This document shows positions 10,230 through 18,707 of a stretch of 64,000 nucleotides of DNA, piece by piece. A program made the translations under genes and the position numbers. Under the pieces are notes generated by a model. That model was not told the DNA's origin, did not search any database, and worked only from the letters and a program-made list of their open reading frames with translations. How positions within the stretch are numbered: the stretch's first letter is position 1; the number at the start of each line of letters is the position of its first letter. The stretch lies in the NCBI GenBank assembly GCA_041500125.1, contig JBGQLP010000002.1, positions 92,322 to 156,321 on the forward strand, given 5' to 3'. This DNA comes from Gemmatimonadota bacterium. GTDB taxonomy: Bacteria > Gemmatimonadota > Gemmatimonadetes > Gemmatimonadales > GWC2-71-9.

Positions 10230-13200
10230 AACGGGAAGTAATCTCGTAACGATTCGAATTCCGGATCGGAGTGCACGTCTTCGTTCTCCAGGTTGTCGAA
10301 GGCAATCGGTCTACCCTCGACCCAGGCCGTCCGTAGCAACCCTACGGCCGCCGCTTTGTCACCCAAGGCAGCGGCGATGCGCGCCCGGGCATAGGTCTGC
10401 CTCCCGAATTGGTACTTTTGGGGGAGCTGTGCCAGAATCCGGTCGAATCGTCTCGCTGCAGTACTGTCTCCCAAGTGTACGGCCGTGGTACCCAGTCGTC
10501 CCAGCAAATCCGAGTTGCCCGGATGCCGTGCCAGCCCCGCGGCATACAGCCGTTGGGCATTGTCCCATCGTCCGGCGGCCGACTCGAGGTCGCCCTCCAG
10601 AAGAGCCGCGGCCAAGTTGGTGTCGCTGGGCGAGGTCATGGGTATGGCGACGAGCGGCTCCAACCACCGCGCGGCGGCGGCAGTATGCCCGTGGGCCCGC
10701 AGCTCGCGCCACACGTAGAACGCTTTCTGGCGGTCGCCGATCGCCGGCACGGGATCGTCCCGCGTGACCCGAGGGAGCTCCTGGCGGAGGGCGTCCACGT
10801 CACCCCGGGCGGCCAGCGCCAGGAGCAGATCGAGGTGAGTCCAGAAGCGGTCGGGGAACCGGCGCAAGCCCTGCCGTGCGCTCTCGGCCTCGGCCAGGTG
10901 GTCTCCTACTCGATGCAGTGCCGGGGTCTGATTGATCCAGTAGAATGGCGCCACCAGAAGCAGGCCGCGATCGGGATCGACCCGAGACAGGATGTTCAAT
11001 GCCTCCCGGGGACGGTTGACGAACAGGGCGCTGCTGGCGGCGAGGGTGTAACCCTCGACTGAGGCCGGCGTCAGGCTCATCAGGTCGCGGGCGGCCCGCA
11101 GCCGGCCCCACAGGTCTCCCCGGAGGTCGGCTTCAAGCCCGGCCAGAACCGCGCGCTCGGCCGGCTTCAGCGTATTGGCGTGCGCTTGCAGTCGACGCAC
11201 CAGCGTGTCCACCGCCGGCCAGTGGGAAAGCCGCGTTTCCACATACGCCCGCATGAGCAGCGGAGTCATGTACTGGCTATCGAGTACGCTGGCACGCCGC
11301 AGGCGTTGGAACACGTCCCCGAAATCGTCCCGGAAGAAGCTCTCCCATGCCTTGCTGACCTCGGTGTAGGCCTCATACGACGGCGGGTCTCCCAGTGCCG
11401 CGGAGAAGCCTCGACTGGTGGTGTCAACCGCCGATGCTACGGCCGCCAGGACGTGATTGCCGAGCGCGGCGATCAGGCGCGATGGCGCCGTCGCAAGTCC
11501 GCTTACCGGATCAATCGCGCGCACGATCTTTCCGGTTCCCGCATCGATCACTTGCATCAGGACCTTCAGGCTGTCGCCTTCCTCGAACAGGTCACCCGAG
11601 ACTACCGTCCCTGCGCCGGTCTCGTCGGCCAGCGCGATGGCTGGATTGCGATCCCGCAGAAACCTAGGAATGCGGTCGACAATGCGTCCGGCCAAGGATG
11701 TAGTGCGAGGATCGACCACCTCGAACTGGGTCGTGCGCATGAGGCCCTGCGCGATCCAATCGGCAGCCATCGCACCGAGACCGGCCAGCGCGCTGTCGCC
11801 GGTGTGATTGGTCAGGGGGGCGATCACGATCCGTTGCGGCACGAGCGACGGCTTACTTCGGGTGAGCAGAGTGAGGAGACTCGCCCGTCGCGACGGCGGA
11901 ATGAGCAGCATGACGGTGAAGGCAGCCAGGATCATGGCGGCAGCGGCAACCAGGGCGCGTCTGACCCAGCGGGTCGATCGCAGACGCGAGCCGGCGCGAC
12001 CTCGGTGATACGTTAGAGCCGCCTTGGCCCCGGGATGACGGCGCTGCGTTTGCCAGGCCCTGGCCGCTGATTGATGTAACTCCTCCCGTCGCTCGGGTGC
12101 CAGCCGGTCGTAGGCCACCCGACCAATGATCTCGTGGGTAAACTCGTGTAGTGCTGGTGCCTCAAGCGATCCCCGCAACATCCGCCGGCCGATAAGCTCC
12201 TCCAGCGCCACCGCGCTCGCGGCAGGACTGAGCCCGGAAACCTGGGGCACCATCTCGGCGTCGAAGCTGCGCCCCAACACGGCGGCGGCATCCAGCACTC
12301 CTCGCGCCTCGCCGCTGAGCCGGTCGAGGCGCCGGCCGACTATCTCGCGAATGGTGGCTGGAAGCGGAATGGGTTGCTCGTCGCTCGTTGCGGCCAGGTG
12401 CCACGCCCCCGATTCGGTCGGCGCGAGGACCTCTTCGTCCACCATCGCCGCCGTAAGCTCGATGGTGTAGAACGGGTTCCCGCCGCCCTGGGCGTGGAGC
12501 CTGCGCGCCAGCCGCTGTCTCTCCGAGACCGGGAGCTCCAGCATCGAGGCCAGCAGGGTTTCGACCTCGTGGGCGCTGAGTGCGTGAAGCTTCAAGCGCC
12601 GAGCGTGGAATTCGGAGGCGAGCTCGATGTAGGCGGAGGAGGGTTCTTCCTCGCCGGTCCGCGCAGTTATGAGGAGGAGAACCGCGGTGGAAAGGCGGGC
12701 CACGACGGTCCGCAGCAGCCGCTGAGTGGATTCGTCGGCGCGCGGGAGATCATCGATGAAGAGGATGACGGGCCGGTCCTCGCTCACCGCCTTGATGGTC
12801 TCGACCAGCGCCTCTTCCAGAGCGGCCTGACCGCCGCTGGGCTCGGGCAAGTGGGGGAAGCGGTCGCGCAGGGACGGCGCAACCAGACTCACCTCGCTCA
12901 GCGCTCGCGGCGATGCTCCGGCAGCGCCGGGAGCCGTCGCCAGAGTTCCCAGCAGCTCGCCTATCGGCGAAAGCCGGCCCGGCTCGATCTGCTTGAGACC
13001 TCGCGCCCGCGCGACGATCGGCGCCGAGCGGTCGCTGGCGAGCCGGTCGAGAAACTCCTCACACAAACGGGTCTTCCCGATGCCGGCCTCGCCCTCGACC
13101 AGGACCGTGGCCGGTCTACCTGCCCGTACCCGCCCCCACGCCGATAGCAGCTCGGCCATCGCCGGCCCCCGTCCGACGAGGTCCGGGGTAAACAGGGCGG

Positions 13201-13978
13201 CGGAGCTGGGAGTCGGGTGGGCGGGCGCTCTCGCGCTGTCGTGCTCGAGCAGCTTACCCAGCTGGATGAACGCAGGCGTCGGCTCCAGCTCCATGGCTTG
13301 GAGCTGGGAACGGAATCCGGCGTAGCGGGCCAGCGCCTCGCCGGCACGGCCATCCAGGTGCATCAGCTCCAGGAGGTTCCGGTAGCCGGCTTCCTCCCGC
13401 GGCAGGGCTTCCACCCACCGCTCGGCCCAGCCGACGCCTTGAGCCCACGCTCCGTGTCGCCGCGCCTGCTCGATCAGCCGCTGCAGCGCCGTCCGGAGCC
13501 CGCGGCGACAACCTTCCCGTTCGGCCTCCAGCCAGACGCGAAAGTCCTCGCCACCCATGTCATCGATGTCGGCGAGAAACTCTCCACCCCAGCGCGCCGC
13601 CGCGTCGTGCCAGCGGCCGGCGGACAGGTCGCTCTCGAAGCAGGCCACATCCAGAACTACCGCATCCGCCATCAGCCCGACCTTCTCGGGACCGGCGTCG
13701 AGGCCGTTTCCAACCGTGCGCTTGAGCTCGAGCAGGGCCTGACGCAGCGACTGACGAGCCTTCATTGCGTCCCGGTTTCCCCACAGTAACTCGGCCAGCT
13801 CGCCGCGCCCGATCATTTTCGGTGCCCGGCGGGCCAGATAGGTGAGGAGCGCCAGTTCCTTCCGCCGACTCGAGAGTCTGGCAGCCGAGTCGCCCTCGAG
13901 CCGAAGCTCGCCAAGGGTGTGGAGCACGAGCCGGGGTGCTGTCACGTAACGCCGCGGGCGCCATGGCTTTGACGCCAA
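10205..13978 (-). CDS. Membrane-spanning SARP/BTAD-type regulator with P-loop (STAND-like) ATPase, one TM helix and periplasmic TolB-like + TPR region
   Basis: 1257 aa. OmpR/PhoB-type winged helix at aa ~18-90. BTAD-like region at aa ~110-240 (FRVWLEAERE...LMHLDGRAGEALARY). Walker A GEAGIGKT at aa 296-303 and Walker B ILFIDDL at aa ~405-411. TM helix ALVAAAAMILAAFTVMLLI at aa ~675-694. Then IVIAPLTNHTGD (TolB-N-like) and C-terminal TPR-like helices ending DPEFESLRDYFPFQLLL. Confidence 0.75.
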   Translation of the reverse strand: MASKPWRPRRYVTAPRLVLHTLGELRLEGDSAARLSSRRKELALLTYLARRAPKMIGRGELAELLWGNRDAMKARQSLRQALLELKRTVGNGLDAGPEKVGLMADAVVLDVACFESDLSAGRWHDAAARWGGEFLADIDDMGGEDFRVWLEAEREGCRRGLRTALQRLIEQARRHGAWAQGVGWAERWVEALPREEAGYRNLLELMHLDGRAGEALARYAGFRSQLQAMELEPTPAFIQLGKLLEHDSARAPAHPTPSSAALFTPDLVGRGPAMAELLSAWGRVRAGRPATVLVEGEAGIGKTRLCEEFLDRLASDRSAPIVARARGLKQIEPGRLSPIGELLGTLATAPGAAGASPRALSEVSLVAPSLRDRFPHLPEPSGGQAALEEALVETIKAVSEDRPVILFIDDLPRADESTQRLLRTVVARLSTAVLLLITARTGEEEPSSAYIELASEFHARRLKLHALSAHEVETLLASMLELPVSERQRLARRLHAQGGGNPFYTIELTAAMVDEEVLAPTESGAWHLAATSDEQPIPLPATIREIVGRRLDRLSGEARGVLDAAAVLGRSFDAEMVPQVSGLSPAASAVALEELIGRRMLRGSLEAPALHEFTHEIIGRVAYDRLAPERREELHQSAARAWQTQRRHPGAKAALTYHRGRAGSRLRSTRWVRRALVAAAAMILAAFTVMLLIPPSRRASLLTLLTRSKPSLVPQRIVIAPLTNHTGDSALAGLGAMAADWIAQGLMRTTQFEVVDPRTTSLAGRIVDRIPRFLRDRNPAIALADETGAGTVVSGDLFEEGDSLKVLMQVIDAGTGKIVRAIDPVSGLATAPSRLIAALGNHVLAAVASAVDTTSRGFSAALGDPPSYEAYTEVSKAWESFFRDDFGDVFQRLRRASVLDSQYMTPLLMRAYVETRLSHWPAVDTLVRRLQAHANTLKPAERAVLAGLEADLRGDLWGRLRAARDLMSLTPASVEGYTLAASSALFVNRPREALNILSRVDPDRGLLLVAPFYWINQTPALHRVGDHLAEAESARQGLRRFPDRFWTHLDLLLALAARGDVDALRQELPRVTRDDPVPAIGDRQKAFYVWRELRAHGHTAAAARWLEPLVAIPMTSPSDTNLAAALLEGDLESAAGRWDNAQRLYAAGLARHPGNSDLLGRLGTTAVHLGDSTAARRFDRILAQLPQKYQFGRQTYARARIAAALGDKAAAVGLLRTAWVEGRPIAFDNLENEDVHSDPEFESLRDYFPFQLLLRTD

Positions 13979-14085
13979 GCTTGACGGCCGGCTGCGGGGC
14001 CGGCGCTAACCTGTCTCCACGGTTCGACGCCGCGACGACCGCGGTCGGGCGACCCGGTTCCTAATTCAGAGACGAGGCCACTGGG

Positions 14086-14358
14086 ATGACGCATGAGCCC
14101 GATGAGGAGGGCGGGGGAGCAGAGCGCTTCGAATACTTCATGGTCCGGCTGACCCGCACCGCGAGCGAGCCGGACCGTGTGGCTGGGCTGGTCGAGCGGC
14201 TGGGCTCCGGCCAGAAGCGGAGCTTCGACACCGGCGAGCAGCTGGTCCGGCTGGTGGGTGGCGGGTTCAGCCTCGATCTGAACATGCAGTCCGCAATTAG
14301 CGACCGCAATGCCGTTGAAGGAGATATCTCGGGGCCGTCAGCTAACGATGCCGTCTAG
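14086..14358 (+). CDS. Hypothetical small cytoplasmic protein (first gene of operon)
   Basis: 90 aa with no signal peptide. GAGG lies 8 nt upstream of the ATG. The stop lies inside the SD of the next gene. Confidence 0.5.
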   Translation: MTHEPDEEGGGAERFEYFMVRLTRTASEPDRVAGLVERLGSGQKRSFDTGEQLVRLVGGGFSLDLNMQSAISDRNAVEGDISGPSANDAV

Positions 14359-14368
14359 GAGGAAGCAT

Positions 14369-15439
14369 ATGCGCTCGATTCATCTGGCAGTGATCGCGTT
14401 CGCACTGGTCCTTCCCGTGGCCGGTGCGGCCCAATCCTCTAACGCAGCGGATACCACCCAACCCGCGCCCAAGAAGGGCGGGGGACTGTTCGGCAAGAAG
14501 GGCGGCCTCTTCGGCAAGGCCAAGGCACTGACTCAGAACAAGTTGGTGCAGACCGTCGCCAAGACCGCGGCCTGCAACATGGTGCCTGGGGGACAGCTGA
14601 TCGCCGGCGCGTTGGACAAGAAGTCGGCGGCTAAGACAGGGAAAGACGCTGCAGTGGGAGCGGCCGCGGGAGCCGCGCTGGGTGCTGCCGCCGGCAAAGG
14701 CAACCCGTGCGGCATGGGGATGATGGGGAATCTCGGAGCCGCTGGGATGAACCAAAGTGTACCGGGCGCGGGGATTCCGGGAATGCCGACCACGGGTATG
14801 CCCGGCATGGCCATCTCGGCCGACCAGATGAAGCAGATGGCAGAGCAGTATCAGAAGATGGGGATGAATCCGGCGCAGATCAAAGCGATGCAACAGCAGA
14901 TGCAGGCTGCGAATCCTGGCGGCACCGGGGCCGGGATTTCAGCTGAGCAGATGAAGCAGATGCAGGCACAGTATCAGGCGATGGGGATGGACCCGGCACA
15001 GATCAAGGCCATGCAACGGATGATGACCAGCGCGACTCCCGGGACCGTGGAGCAACCGGCCGGGGAGACGACGCCAGCGCCAACCCAACCGGTGGCTGCC
15101 CCCACGCTCACGAAGGAGAAGGGCCGACTGGTGCTGCGCCAGCTTCCCTGGACCCCTGGTACTGAGGAGATCCAGTCGGGCGCCGAATCTGCCCTCGTGC
15201 TCGGCCTGCACAATGCCGCCGCCGAAATCATTCCGACGGCAAAGCACTACAGCGTGCAGGTAAAAGTCGAAGATCAAGGCTCCAAGGCCCGGAACCAGGA
15301 GCTCGCGCAGAAGCGCGCCGCTGTCATCGTGGCCATTCTCGTGGGAGAGGGAGTACCTCAGGATCGGCTGACGGCGGCCGGCGGTGGCTCGGACAAGGAT
15401 CCCCGAGTTGTGCTGTCTGAAAGCAAGGGAACCAAGTGA
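14369..15439 (+). CDS. Exported Met/Gln-rich repeat protein with OmpA-C-like domain
   Basis: AGGAGG then ATG at 14369. Signal peptide MRSIHLAVIAFALVLPVAGAAQS. KKGGGLFGKKGGLFGK motif. Two ~41-aa-spaced repeats. C-terminal NQELAQKRAAVIVAILVGEGVPQDRL resembles the OmpA-C/peptidoglycan-binding signature. Confidence 0.65.
   Translation: MRSIHLAVIAFALVLPVAGAAQSSNAADTTQPAPKKGGGLFGKKGGLFGKAKALTQNKLVQTVAKTAACNMVPGGQLIAGALDKKSAAKTGKDAAVGAAAGAALGAAAGKGNPCGMGMMGNLGAAGMNQSVPGAGIPGMPTTGMPGMAISADQMKQMAEQYQKMGMNPAQIKAMQQQMQAANPGGTGAGISAEQMKQMQAQYQAMGMDPAQIKAMQRMMTSATPGTVEQPAGETTPAPTQPVAAPTLTKEKGRLVLRQLPWTPGTEEIQSGAESALVLGLHNAAAEIIPTAKHYSVQVKVEDQGSKARNQELAQKRAAVIVAILVGEGVPQDRLTAAGGGSDKDPRVVLSESKGTK
14813..15043 (+). 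repeat. In-frame tandem duplication (~123 bp period) encoding Met/Gln-rich modules
   Basis: ISADQMKQMAEQYQKMGMNPAQIKAMQQQMQAANPG versus ISAEQMKQMQAQYQAMGMDPAQIKAMQRMMTSATPG. The DNA copies are clearly alignable. Confidence 0.85.
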
Positions 15440-15483
15440 TCAAGCGCGGCACTGATGCCGCTGACTCACTGCGGGAGGTACGC

Positions 15484-16938
15484 ATGTCTCACCCCAGTAT
15501 CCGAATCGGCTCGACGGCATCAGCCGCTGCACTGCTGGTCATCGGGCTCGCAGCCACACCGGAGAGGTCGCCGGCCCAGGCTCAGGCCTCGCCTCTGATC
15601 ATCACGATGCGGGCGATGCAAAACCCGCTCTCCCCATCCCAATGCACCGCCATCGAAGTGGTCGTCACCGATGCGAATGGCAGGGCACCGCTTCGTCCCG
15701 ATGGTAAGCAGGTGAGCGGGTGGGATGTGGACCTGAGCCTGGCATCGCCCGCAGTCGATGCGTTTGCCTGGGGAGATGAACGGCATCGATTCCTGTGCGC
15801 CAGGGCGCCGACGGCACCCTATGCGGTGGTGTCGGCCCACTATCCTGCCCAATCCCTCGCGCCACCCGAGCGGCTCGAGAACGTGCAGGCCGATCAGTCC
15901 ATTCAGGTCCTCATGCAGATGGCTGGAGCTCCGGCGGCAGGGTATGGCCAGCAGCAGGCAGTCGGAGCACCAAACGGATATGCTCAGCAGCCTTCCGGAA
16001 GCACGCCCGCCACCGGCTATACGCAGCAGCAGCCAACCGTACCACCGGGGCAGCCCTATATGCCGCCGGCGAATCCGGGCGCCGGGCAGCCGGGCTACTC
16101 GCAATCGGGATATCCGCAGTCCGCCCCGGCGCAGGCGGGGACCCCGCAACAACCTTCAGGCGCTCCCACCCAACAGGCGTACGCGCCTCCGACGAATCCC
16201 GGCCCCGGACCGGCTGCGGCTGGGGTTTCGGCGCCGGCCGGCCAACCGACCAGCTATGCCGGTGCTCCGGCGACGCCCATGCCGATTCCAATCGCGGCAC
16301 CAGTCGCGGCCCAGCCGGCGGAGAAGGGTGGCGGCGGATTTTTCAAGAAGCTCGGCAAGCATCTGAAGGACAAGGCGAGCGAAGTGAAGAATCAAACGGC
16401 CGAGAACCTGGCGAGCACCGCAAATCAGATGGTGGATGTCACGGCGCAGACGGGGAGCAACCTCGTCTCCGGCGCCGCGGCCCAGGCGACCAGTGTGGCC
16501 CAGTCCACGGTGGGCGGTGTCAGTAGCTCGCTGGTGCCCTCTGCGCTCCGAGCCGGTGGGAACGCCGACAACCTCAGCACGGCGGTGGCCTCGGGTGAGG
16601 CGGTGCTGCGCATGATGCGGTTCATTGGCAACACGGACGTGCTCGATGCGACCGGGCGGGACCTGGTCAAACGCCTGGCTCCGGTACTCAACGCCACGCC
16701 CGGCAACTACGTGATCCAGGCCCACGTGGATCCGCTCCCAGCCCCGGCAGAGCCGGGAGCCACTCAGGTGCTATCCGAGCACCGGGCGGCGGCGGTGAAG
16801 GCGGCGCTGATCAGCAACGGGGTCGCCGCAGGCCGTTTGGTCGCGCTCGGCTACGGCACTTCACAGCCGTTGCCGGAGGCCCCCCCGGAAGGCGGGCCGC
16901 CCAGCAGCGCACGAGTCGTGATCGCACGGACGCAGTGA
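15484..16938 (+). CDS. Exported Pro/Gln/Tyr-rich protein with OmpA-C-like domain
   Basis: GGGAGG then ATG at 15484. Signal peptide. N-terminal beta-rich domain. ~140-aa P/Q/G/Y low-complexity region. EKGGGGFFKKLGK motif. C-terminal LSEHRAAAVKAALISNGVAAGRLVALGYG is OmpA-like. Confidence 0.65.
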   Translation: MSHPSIRIGSTASAAALLVIGLAATPERSPAQAQASPLIITMRAMQNPLSPSQCTAIEVVVTDANGRAPLRPDGKQVSGWDVDLSLASPAVDAFAWGDERHRFLCARAPTAPYAVVSAHYPAQSLAPPERLENVQADQSIQVLMQMAGAPAAGYGQQQAVGAPNGYAQQPSGSTPATGYTQQQPTVPPGQPYMPPANPGAGQPGYSQSGYPQSAPAQAGTPQQPSGAPTQQAYAPPTNPGPGPAAAGVSAPAGQPTSYAGAPATPMPIPIAAPVAAQPAEKGGGGFFKKLGKHLKDKASEVKNQTAENLASTANQMVDVTAQTGSNLVSGAAAQATSVAQSTVGGVSSSLVPSALRAGGNADNLSTAVASGEAVLRMMRFIGNTDVLDATGRDLVKRLAPVLNATPGNYVIQAHVDPLPAPAEPGATQVLSEHRAAAVKAALISNGVAAGRLVALGYGTSQPLPEAPPEGGPPSSARVVIARTQ

Positions 16939-16967
16939 GCCAACCCGCACCCTACGAGGACCGTTCT

Positions 16968-18671
16968 ATGTCGGCGATCATCAGCCGGATCACAGCCACA
17001 GTCATGCTGCTCGGAGCGACGGGCGTAATCGCGCTGCCGGCGCAGACGGTGCAGGCGAATGCCACCAATGCCACCACCGTTGCCCTCAGCTGGACGCCGG
17101 TAACGGACGCGGAGCGGTACTACGTCCAGCGAGCAATCGGCGCTGCCGGCTTCAGCAACTTGAGCACACCCAAAATCACCGGCACCGGATATACCGACAC
17201 GAGCGTGCCGGCGAATATCGCTGTTCAATATCGACTCATGACCAAGCTGAAGAACGGACATCTCCGCTACAGCGCGGCGGTACAGCGGAGGACTCCAGGT
17301 TCCTCTACAGCCTCCCAAGCTGGTGGAGCAGCCTCTCCGGCCGGAGGGGCAGCCTCGCAAACCGGCGGGTCAGCCGGGGCGGCGGCTTCACCAGCAGGTG
17401 GGGCAGCTTCAACCGGTGGGGCCGCCTCAGCAGGCGGGGCCGCCTCACAGACCGGTGGCGCAGGCGCTCCGGCAGGTGGCGCAGCTTCGCAGGCAACTGG
17501 TCCAGCCTCCCAGCCAAGTGGGGCAGCCTCCCAGGCAGGTGGGGTAGCCTCGCAAGCCGGTGGTGCAGCCCCCCAAGCCGGCAGCGCAGCACCCCAGGCC
17601 AGCGCCACACTCTTGCCGGGACAGCCGATCGCCAACGTGACGATGGCGCCGCGGGACCCGCACCAGTTTGTTGCTGCTCCCTCCGCAGCTCCCGCACCCG
17701 CAGCCGCCCCAGCACCGGCACCCGCTCCTCCACCCAGCCCGGCACCCGTGGTCACCAGCGGCCGTTATCGGATCGTGGCGAATGGGTTCAGCGTGGTCCA
17801 GCAGGCGCACAGCCATCATGACGACGTGTACGGCGGGTTCATCATGCTGCACTTCAACCGTCAGACTGGTGAACTTCTGGACCGCGATGCTCGGCACACC
17901 AAGGTCTTGGGCGACATCAATGGCCGGGTTTTCGGCGAGACGGATGGTGGTGACTTCAACCGACTCCGCGCCGGCACTGCCAACGCAAGCGGTGGCCTGA
18001 AAAATGGAGACAGCTATCCGGACGCCGGCCATGCCCGGTTCCGCGGTCAGGACGGGGCGCCACCCAATCGCGTGACCTTCCCGTTCGAGATCTGGACCGG
18101 AGACCTCACCAACGCCAGTGACGCGGTCGTCATTCTGCCAAGCTTGTGGTCGAGGGACGGGAAGCTTTCAGGGTTCGACCAATGGCAGAGTTCAGAGCTC
18201 AGCGCGGCGTCCCAGATCTGGTATGACCAGGCCGTGCAGCAGGCTTTGCATCAAACCACCCTGGGTGTGGTTGCCCCTCCCGGGGCGGTCACACCCAACG
18301 GCAATCAGATGTTCGCCCAACTCGCCAACCTGGTCGGGGCAACCATTCTGGGCGGCTTGGGACAACCCTGGGCGCTCGCGTTCGCGTTCGATCCGTCAGC
18401 TCATGATGTCCCGATCGGATTTGATCCCTACGCGAAAGCACTGCCTCGGCGAGCCATCGTGCTGACCCGGGAGATGATCGAGCAGGCACTCAATAGTCCG
18501 CCGGCGCCGCTCAGCCCAACCATGCTGGTGCCGAACTACCCCGCGTGGGTACTGGGCTATCTCACTGTTCCCGTCGGGGTGATTCCCGTGCTCCTGTTCG
18601 ACCACGTGCCGCCGCCGGGCGAGCCGCTGCGCACGTCCTACGTGATGTACTTGCAGGTAGAGCGGTTGTAA
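16968..18671 (+). CDS. Exported FN3-domain protein with GGAAS(Q) repeat array, Pro/Ala linker and unknown ~300-aa C-terminal domain
   Basis: GAGGA then ATG at 16968. Signal peptide ending AQTVQA. FN3-like VALSWTPVTDAERYYVQRA...YTDTSV...YRL. The C-terminal domain is not recognised. Confidence 0.6.
   Translation: MSAIISRITATVMLLGATGVIALPAQTVQANATNATTVALSWTPVTDAERYYVQRAIGAAGFSNLSTPKITGTGYTDTSVPANIAVQYRLMTKLKNGHLRYSAAVQRRTPGSSTASQAGGAASPAGGAASQTGGSAGAAASPAGGAASTGGAASAGGAASQTGGAGAPAGGAASQATGPASQPSGAASQAGGVASQAGGAAPQAGSAAPQASATLLPGQPIANVTMAPRDPHQFVAAPSAAPAPAAAPAPAPAPPPSPAPVVTSGRYRIVANGFSVVQQAHSHHDDVYGGFIMLHFNRQTGELLDRDARHTKVLGDINGRVFGETDGGDFNRLRAGTANASGGLKNGDSYPDAGHARFRGQDGAPPNRVTFPFEIWTGDLTNASDAVVILPSLWSRDGKLSGFDQWQSSELSAASQIWYDQAVQQALHQTTLGVVAPPGAVTPNGNQMFAQLANLVGATILGGLGQPWALAFAFDPSAHDVPIGFDPYAKALPRRAIVLTREMIEQALNSPPAPLSPTMLVPNYPAWVLGYLTVPVGVIPVLLFDHVPPPGEPLRTSYVMYLQVERL
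17307..17600 (+). repeat. Degenerate 21-24 bp in-frame tandem repeat array encoding (S/P/T)(Q)xGGAAS units
   Basis: About 13 units such as ASQAGGA, ASPAGGA, ASQTGGS and ASTGGA. The same region produces mirror-image Ala/Gly/Pro ORFs on the minus strand (17267..17755). Confidence 0.85.
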
Positions 18672-18707
18672 GTCATTCCAGCCAGCACTCAGGCCCGAGG
18701 AGTTTCT

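Noticed and set aside
17267-17755. Ala/Gly/Pro-rich minus-strand ORFs (162 and 146 aa)
   Set aside because: They are mirror images of the GGAAS(Q) repeat array in the FN3 gene. The low-complexity repeat keeps several frames open.
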